A DNA stretch of 64,000 nt. Source: Eubacteriales bacterium (lineage in GTDB: Bacteria > Bacillota > Clostridia > Christensenellales > CAG-138). Position numbers and translations under genes: made by a program. Below the pieces are notes generated by a model. That model was given only the letters and a program-made list of their open reading frames with translations. It did not search any database and had not been told where the DNA came from. The stretch covers positions 19,564 to 83,563 of the forward strand of contig JAYFNY010000044.1 of the NCBI GenBank assembly GCA_034933205.1, read 5' to 3'. This document shows, piece after piece, positions 58,666 to 64,000 of the stretch (within the stretch, counting starts at the first letter, position 1; each line of letters opens with the position of its first letter).

Positions 58666-59994
58666 ATGAAGAAACCTTTAGTAGCGATCGTAGGCCGGCC
58701 GAATGTTGGCAAATCGACGCTGTTCAATCGATTGATCGGCCGTCGTGTTGCGATTGTCGAAGATACGCCCGGAGTAACGAGGGATCGTATCTATCAGGAC
58801 GCGGACTGGCTGAACTATGCCTTTACATTGATCGATACCGGCGGGATCGAGCCAGCGAACGAGGACCTGATTGCACAGCAGATGCGCCGTCAGGCGGAGC
58901 TTGCCATTGAAACGGCGGATGTTATCATCTTTCTTGTGGACGGCAGGGAGGGAATGACGAGCGCGGATATGGACGTTGCAGATATGCTGCGACGTTCGAA
59001 AAAGCCCGTTGTACTGACGGTTAACAAGATTGATACGCAGAAGCTCAGCGACGCGATGTATGAGTTTTACACGCTGGGACTTGGCGATCCTTTTGTTATT
59101 TCGGCTTCCCAGGGGTTGGGCCTTGGCGACTTACTGGACGAAGTCGTACGCGATTTCCCGAAGGATATCGAGGAAGAGGGAGATGAACGCGTCAATATTG
59201 CCGTTGTCGGCAAACCGAATGTTGGGAAGTCCAGCCTGGTCAATGCGCTGCTGGGCGAGGAGCGAACGATCGTGAGTGATATACCCGGTACGACGCGGGA
59301 TTCCATCGATACGCCGTTTGATCGGAACGGACGGAAATATACAATTGTGGACACGGCTGGGATTCGCAGAAAACGCAGCGTGGAAGACGAATCAATCGAG
59401 CGCTACAGCGTGATTCGATCTCTGGCGGCAATCCGCAGGGCGGATGTCGTGCTCATCGTATGCGACGCAAGCCAGGGTCTCAGCGAACAGGATGTACGAA
59501 TCGCTGGATATGCGCACGAGGAAGGCAAACCAAGCGTTCTGATCGTGAACAAGTGGGACTTGATTGAAAAAGACACGCATACGATGAATCAGTTCAAAAA
59601 AGATCTCGGGACCGATCTTGCGTTCATGAGCTATGTTCCCATGCTGTTTATCTCCGCTAAGAACGGACAGCGCGTGAATAAAGTGCTGGAAAATGTGGAT
59701 CTCGTGTTCGAGCAGAGCAGGCGCCGTGTTCCGACGGGACAGCTGAACGATACGATCAGCGAGGCCGTTATGATGAACGAACCGCCCTCGGACAAGGGAC
59801 GAACCCTGAAAATTTATTATGCCACGCAGGCTTCCGTTCAGCCGCCGACATTCATCATTTTTGTCAACGATACGGAAATCGTGCATTTTTCGTATGAACG
59901 GTATCTTGAGAATTATTTCCGGAAGACGTTTGGATTTGAAGGAACTCCGATTCGGATCTTCTTCCGCAATAAAAAGAAGGAGTCTGAATCATGA
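58666..59994 (+). CDS. der: ribosome biogenesis GTPase Der (EngA)
   Basis: Two GTPase domains (GRPNVGKST and GKPNVGKSS) plus a KH-like C-terminus. Start follows GGGAGA. Confidence 0.95.
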   Translation: MKKPLVAIVGRPNVGKSTLFNRLIGRRVAIVEDTPGVTRDRIYQDADWLNYAFTLIDTGGIEPANEDLIAQQMRRQAELAIETADVIIFLVDGREGMTSADMDVADMLRRSKKPVVLTVNKIDTQKLSDAMYEFYTLGLGDPFVISASQGLGLGDLLDEVVRDFPKDIEEEGDERVNIAVVGKPNVGKSSLVNALLGEERTIVSDIPGTTRDSIDTPFDRNGRKYTIVDTAGIRRKRSVEDESIERYSVIRSLAAIRRADVVLIVCDASQGLSEQDVRIAGYAHEEGKPSVLIVNKWDLIEKDTHTMNQFKKDLGTDLAFMSYVPMLFISAKNGQRVNKVLENVDLVFEQSRRRVPTGQLNDTISEAVMMNEPPSDKGRTLKIYYATQASVQPPTFIIFVNDTEIVHFSYERYLENYFRKTFGFEGTPIRIFFRNKKKESES

Positions 59995-60620
59995 CATTTT
60001 TTACCGGAATCTGGTCGCTTCGTATCTGGACGGGTGTTCTTTGCGCACTGGGCGGTTACTTGCTCGGTAATATACAGACTGCGATCATTGTAAGCCGCGC
60101 GTATTTTCATGACGACGTTCGCAATCACGGCAGCGGGAACGCAGGCAGCACCAATATGGTGCGTGTCTTTGGTTATGGGCCGGGAACGATCACATTTGCC
60201 GGTGATTTCATCAAAGCGTTCCTTGGCGTTTTATTCGGCCAGCTCGTCTGCGGAACAGTCGGCGGGTACATTGCCGGGCTTTTTGTTGTCGTGGGGCATT
60301 GCTGGCCGATGTTTGCAGGTTTTCGCGGAGGGAAAGGCGTTGCTTCTTCCTATAGCATCGCTATCTTTGTCTTCCCGCTTGGCGCGCTTGGCGCAATAGC
60401 GGCTGGCGCAACCATTCTGCTGCTGAAGAAGAAAATGTCTCTTATGTCGCTGGCGGCGATTCTCCTTTTCTTTCTGGCGACATTGCTTTTTCGAATCAAC
60501 GATATTCCCCTTGTCATCCTGTCCGGACTATTGCTCGTTATAGTGTATGTGCGGCATACCGATAATATCAAACGGTTGCTTCACGGTGAAGAACAGCGCC
60601 TGCGCAAAGAGGGTAAATAG
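59991..60620 (+). CDS. plsY: glycerol-3-phosphate acyltransferase PlsY
   Basis: 209 aa. [10 protein letters not shown] and GGKGVA motifs. ATGA overlap with der. Confidence 0.9.
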   Translation: MTFFTGIWSLRIWTGVLCALGGYLLGNIQTAIIVSRAYFHDDVRNHGSGNAGSTNMVRVFGYGPGTITFAGDFIKAFLGVLFGQLVCGTVGGYIAGLFVVVGHCWPMFAGFRGGKGVASSYSIAIFVFPLGALGAIAAGATILLLKKKMSLMSLAAILLFFLATLLFRINDIPLVILSGLLLVIVYVRHTDNIKRLLHGEEQRLRKEGK

Positions 60621-60655
60621 CTTTAAAAAAGTTAAAGGTTGAATGATACAAAGTG

Positions 60656-60690
60656 AAAAGCGCTTCCGGCTGCTAACCGGAAACGCTTTT
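60656..60690. terminator. bidirectional terminator between plsY and dapB
   Basis: aaagcgcttccgg-loop-ccggaaacgcttt flanked by A and T runs. Confidence 0.75.
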
Positions 60691-60742
60691 CTATAAATGT
60701 TTTTTCTACGTTTTAAGAGAAACGCGTGCGACAAGACCGGAA

Positions 60743-61969
60743 CTATTCGATCGAAAACTGCCTTCGGATTTCTTCCGATGCGCGTATGGCGTCGACCGTA
60801 TCGATGCAAAACTCGATCCTTGTTTCGCTGGTTGTAATCAGCCAAACGTGTACGCCGATTTTTCTTAATATGGAAAGCAGCTGTGCGGCTACGCCATGCT
60901 GAAGCGCCATTCCGGTTCCTTCCAAAGTGAGCTTTGTCAGATCGCAGCGTGTGCGAATTGTGCAGCCGTAGCCGTCTCGTGTAAGCTCGTTCAGCGCGTT
61001 GAGCGCTTCCGCAAGGTCGCCTTCATTCAGGGAAAATCCAATGCTCAAGCTTTGTTCGTCCGGCTCCGAACAGGCGATCATATCAACGAACACACCGTGT
61101 TCCGCAATCACATCGAACACGCGGGAAGCAAACGCGTCTTCTTTGGCGAACGAACGGATAATGATGGTCGCCTGCCTGTCGAGAGAAAACAGGCGGGACG
61201 CCGCGTCGTGTTCATTGACGACGTGTTTCATGTTGTAGAGCCCGTTTTGTTTACCGACAAGAAATTTTGCCGCGCGGAGCGCACCCTGCGCGAAGATCTG
61301 CTTGCTGAACGCACGGTGGTTGATTTCGATGATCTCGTCGTTGCCGATAAACTGCACCTGATGTTCGCCGACCACCGTTCCTCCGCGGACGGAGTGAATA
61401 CCGATTTCGTGATCGGTACGCCGCTTGTTTTTCTCGTGACGGCCATAAACGAACTCCTCGTCTTCCGGAGATATCGAGGCGATCGCGTTGGCCAGCATGA
61501 GCGCCGTACCGCTTGGAGAGTCGACCTTCTTACGGTGATGCGTTTCAATTATCTCAACATCGAACGAGGAGCCGAGGGTGGAAGCGGCAAGCTGAATCAA
61601 CTCCAGTTGCAGGTTGACACCGAGCGACATATTTCCCGTTTGAAAGACTGGGATTTGATCGGAAGCGGAGCGGATGAGTTTGAGTTCGCGTTCGCCAAGA
61701 CCGGTTGTGCCGATGACCAATGGTATTTTTTGATCCAGGGCATAGCGCAGAATATCCGGTATGATGGCGGGAACGGAGAAGTCGATAATTACGTCCGCCC
61801 GTTCGTTGACGGCGGCAAGCGTCGGATAGATGGGGCAGGCGAAGGCGGCGGAACAGCCGGAAGGGTCAACGCCTGCAACTGCGGAAAAAGCGCCGTTCTG
61901 CGCTTGAATAGCGGCATATACGGCGCGTCCCATCTGACCGCAGATTCCGTTGATAATAACAGAAATCAT
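60743..61969 (-). CDS. dapB: 4-hydroxy-tetrahydrodipicolinate reductase fused to C-terminal tandem ACT (aspartokinase-beta-like) domains
   Basis: 408 aa. The DapB part spans about residues 1-250 (GICGQMGRAV, ETHHRKKVDSPSGTA). Residues about 255-408 resemble the aspartokinase regulatory ACT pair (GTGMALQHGVAAQLLSILRKIGVHVWLITTSETRIEFCID). Confidence 0.85.
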   Translation of the reverse strand: MISVIINGICGQMGRAVYAAIQAQNGAFSAVAGVDPSGCSAAFACPIYPTLAAVNERADVIIDFSVPAIIPDILRYALDQKIPLVIGTTGLGERELKLIRSASDQIPVFQTGNMSLGVNLQLELIQLAASTLGSSFDVEIIETHHRKKVDSPSGTALMLANAIASISPEDEEFVYGRHEKNKRRTDHEIGIHSVRGGTVVGEHQVQFIGNDEIIEINHRAFSKQIFAQGALRAAKFLVGKQNGLYNMKHVVNEHDAASRLFSLDRQATIIIRSFAKEDAFASRVFDVIAEHGVFVDMIACSEPDEQSLSIGFSLNEGDLAEALNALNELTRDGYGCTIRTRCDLTKLTLEGTGMALQHGVAAQLLSILRKIGVHVWLITTSETRIEFCIDTVDAIRASEEIRRQFSIE

Positions 61970-61998
61970 GTAGTCCTCCCATGCGGTTGAAAATGGAT

Positions 61999-62874
61999 TC
62001 AGATCAGTTCGTACCCCTTAAGGGTTTCTTCGATCAAGCGCATACTGGCGGCCGTTGGCGGAACGAGCGGCAGGCGGACATCCGGTTCGCAAAGCTGCAT
62101 GAGGCCCATCATCGCTTTGAGCGGGATGGGGTTCACTTCGCAGAATGCGGCTTTCCAGAGCGGAATCAGTTGCAACTGCAGCTCTCTGGCACGTTTGAGG
62201 TCGCCTTTGAAGAACGCTTCACAGAGCGTATGCATCGCATCGGGCACGACGTTGGCGATGGTCGATATAACGCCTTTGCCGCCGATGCTGAGCACGGGCA
62301 GCACATGATCGTCGTTACCGGAGTAAATATCGCACTGCGGACAAAGCGCGGCGATATTCACGATTTGCTCGATATTCCCGCTGGCTTCTTTGGTTCCCAC
62401 GATGTTTTTATGGGTGCAAAGCTCCGCCATTGTCTGGGGAAGAACATTCAAACCGGTGCGGGAAGGTACGTTGTAAACAATTATCGGGGTATCCACCGCG
62501 TCCGCAACCGTGAAGTAGTGGCGTACGAGGCCCTGCTGCGTCGTTTTGTTGTAGTATGGGGTGACAACGAGCAACCCGTCCACGCCGATTGCTTCCGCCG
62601 ACTTGCTGTTTTCAATGACTTCCTCGGTATTGTTGCCGCCGGTGCTGGCAATCACGGGGATACGTCCGTTCACACGTTCCACAACAAACTGAATGATGCT
62701 CAAACGTTCATCGACCGTGAGCGTCGAGCTCTCGCCGGTGGTTGCGCAACATACGATCGCATCCGTATGATTGGCAATCTGCAGTTCAATCAGCCTTGTG
62801 AAAGCCGTAAAATCGACCGAGCCGTTCTGAAACGGCGTTACGATCGCTACGGCACTGCCACGAAAGATGGACAT
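61999..62874 (-). CDS. dapA: 4-hydroxy-tetrahydrodipicolinate synthase
   Basis: Start at MSIFRGSAVAIVTPF after GGGAGG plus 7 nt. GTTGE, YNVP and active-site K (GTKEASG) motifs. Confidence 0.9.
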   Translation of the reverse strand: MSIFRGSAVAIVTPFQNGSVDFTAFTRLIELQIANHTDAIVCCATTGESSTLTVDERLSIIQFVVERVNGRIPVIASTGGNNTEEVIENSKSAEAIGVDGLLVVTPYYNKTTQQGLVRHYFTVADAVDTPIIVYNVPSRTGLNVLPQTMAELCTHKNIVGTKEASGNIEQIVNIAALCPQCDIYSGNDDHVLPVLSIGGKGVISTIANVVPDAMHTLCEAFFKGDLKRARELQLQLIPLWKAAFCEVNPIPLKAMMGLMQLCEPDVRLPLVPPTAASMRLIEETLKGYELI

Positions 62875-62876
62875 TT

Positions 62877-63884
62877 TTACGCCTCCCATTGACGAATAAG
62901 TTCCTGCGCAATCTGCACGGCGTTAGTCGCCGCGCCTTTGCGGATATTATCCGCAACGCACCAGAAGTTGATTCCGTTTTCAACGGAGAAGTCACGGCGG
63001 AGACGGCCGACATATACGGGGTCGGTGTCCGCAGCGTAAATCGGCATGGGGTAGAGTCCCTTTGACGTGTCGTCCTGAACAATCAGGCCTTCGGTATGCT
63101 CCCAGAGCGCACGGATGTCGGAGAGTTCATATGGTTTTTCCAGTTCAACATTGATGCTTTCGCTGTGACCGTGGAAAACCGGTACGCGTACAGTCGTTGC
63201 GGTGACGCGAAGATTCGGCAACCCGAGGATTTTCCTCGTTTCGTCGACCATTTTCTGCTCTTCCTTTGTGTAGCCGTTCTCGAGAAACACGTCGATCTGG
63301 GGCAGCACATTTCCGGCGATCGGATAAGGAAACTTCTTAGGCGCTTCACCCTTCAACCCGTTTTCCAAATCGGTGTAGCCGCCCATCCCTGCACCGGAGA
63401 CGGCCTGATAGGTCGAGTAGATGACGCGCTTGAGACCGTATTGATCCGAAAGGGGTTTCAGCGGAACCATTGCCTGAATCGTAGAGCAATTCGGATTTGC
63501 GATGATTCCTTTCTTTTTATATTGCGGGATTGCCTGCGGATTGACTTCCGGAACAACCAACGGCACTTTCGGATCCATTCGCCAGCAACTGGAGTTATCA
63601 ATGACCACCGCGCCGGAGGCGGCTACGATCGGCGCAAAGGTTTTCGACGTACCGGCGCCTGCGGAGAAGAGCGCAATATCAACGCCAAGATCTTTAAAAG
63701 CCCCTTCGGTCAACTCACGAACCGTGTATTTTTTGCCCATAAAGTCGACGGTAGTGCCCGCGCTGCGTGCGGAAGCGAAGAGGAAGTATTCCGAGACCGG
63801 AAGCTTACGCTCTTCAAGTACGCGGAGAAACATTCTGCCGACCATGCCCGTGGCGCCGACAACTGCGATCTTGTACTGTTTCAT
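62877..63884 (-). CDS. asd: aspartate-semialdehyde dehydrogenase
   Basis: Start at MKQYKIAVVGATGMVG. IANPNCSTI active-site Cys motif. No SD is visible before this ATG. Confidence 0.9.
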   Translation of the reverse strand: MKQYKIAVVGATGMVGRMFLRVLEERKLPVSEYFLFASARSAGTTVDFMGKKYTVRELTEGAFKDLGVDIALFSAGAGTSKTFAPIVAASGAVVIDNSSCWRMDPKVPLVVPEVNPQAIPQYKKKGIIANPNCSTIQAMVPLKPLSDQYGLKRVIYSTYQAVSGAGMGGYTDLENGLKGEAPKKFPYPIAGNVLPQIDVFLENGYTKEEQKMVDETRKILGLPNLRVTATTVRVPVFHGHSESINVELEKPYELSDIRALWEHTEGLIVQDDTSKGLYPMPIYAADTDPVYVGRLRRDFSVENGINFWCVADNIRKGAATNAVQIAQELIRQWEA

Positions 63885-63939
63885 GGTAGTCGTGTTAGCG
63901 GACTCAAATGAGAACGCTACCTTTCTTATAGTTAGGTTG

Positions 63940-63968
63940 ATTTTAATCAATCTCCATGGGTTTGTCAA
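63940..63968 (-). promoter_or_regulatory. putative asd-dapA-dapB promoter TTGACA-17-TAAAAT
   Basis: Read on the minus strand, about 50 nt upstream of the asd ATG. Confidence 0.5.
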
Positions 63969-64000
63969 ATCGGATTGGTACGCTAAAGTATTTATTTGTC

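Noticed and set aside
60896-62892. Two long plus-strand ORFs (364 and 303 aa) antisense to dapB and dapA. Similar ones lie opposite asd (63096-63911), pncB (13695-14630), priA (33737-34597) and pcrA (41051-41824).
   Set aside because: All lie exactly opposite well-supported genes, lack start signals, and translate to Arg/Gly/His-rich sequence without motifs. I treat them as frame shadows.
63885-64000. A possible lysine (L-box) riboswitch or T-box upstream of asd-dapA-dapB.
   Set aside because: A good TTGACA-17-TAAAAT promoter sits only about 50 nt from the ATG. That leaves too little leader for an L-box of about 180 nt. No conserved L-box or T-box sequence blocks were recognised, and the window ends at 64000.

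Overview
This is a 64-kb stretch of core chromosome from a mid-50s %GC anaerobic Firmicute (Clostridia-like). It is densely coded (about 60 genes, 1 tRNA) and mostly housekeeping. All calls rest on motif and sequence recall plus hand-read signals; no searches were run.

Gene content, in window order:
- 3' part of an oxidative ornithine-fermentation cluster: oraE (5'-truncated by the window edge), a GlmL-like reactivase, and ornithine racemase.
- A minus-strand sugar locus: DeoR regulator, PfkB kinase, Eis-like GNAT, pgi, TIM-barrel isomerase.
- DUF3810, an orphan 490-aa PLP enzyme, pncB with a lipoprotein gene, and tRNA-Leu(GAG) followed by a low-GC islet carrying grpB.
- The conserved Firmicute ylo block: yicC-remA-gmk-rpoZ-priA ... 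def-fmt-rsmB-rlmN-prpC-prkC-rsgA-rpe. It is interrupted by a 5.8-kb insert carrying a heterodimeric ABC exporter, TauE and a membrane-anchored XRE regulator.
- ligA, pcrA, rdgB, scpAB, an M50 protease, rqcH, yerC, rpsT, and CIRCE-controlled groESL.
- An ECF sigma/anti-sigma pair, DUF512-der-plsY, and asd-dapA-dapB.

I found no CRISPR array, transposase, integrase, prophage or recognisable defence genes.

Most interesting candidates:
1. A translationally coupled operon joining a split aconitase-X (AcnX) dehydratase to a 760-aa OYE/4Fe-4S/FAD flavoenzyme. This could be an uncharacterised dehydratase-reductase module.
2. DapB fused to an aspartokinase-type tandem ACT regulatory module.
3. Three genes whose ATG lies exactly 6 nt downstream of an extended -10 box with no Shine-Dalgarno (SD) sequence, suggesting leaderless mRNAs.
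4. An inverted repeat bracketing the def promoter, next to the divergent XRE gene.
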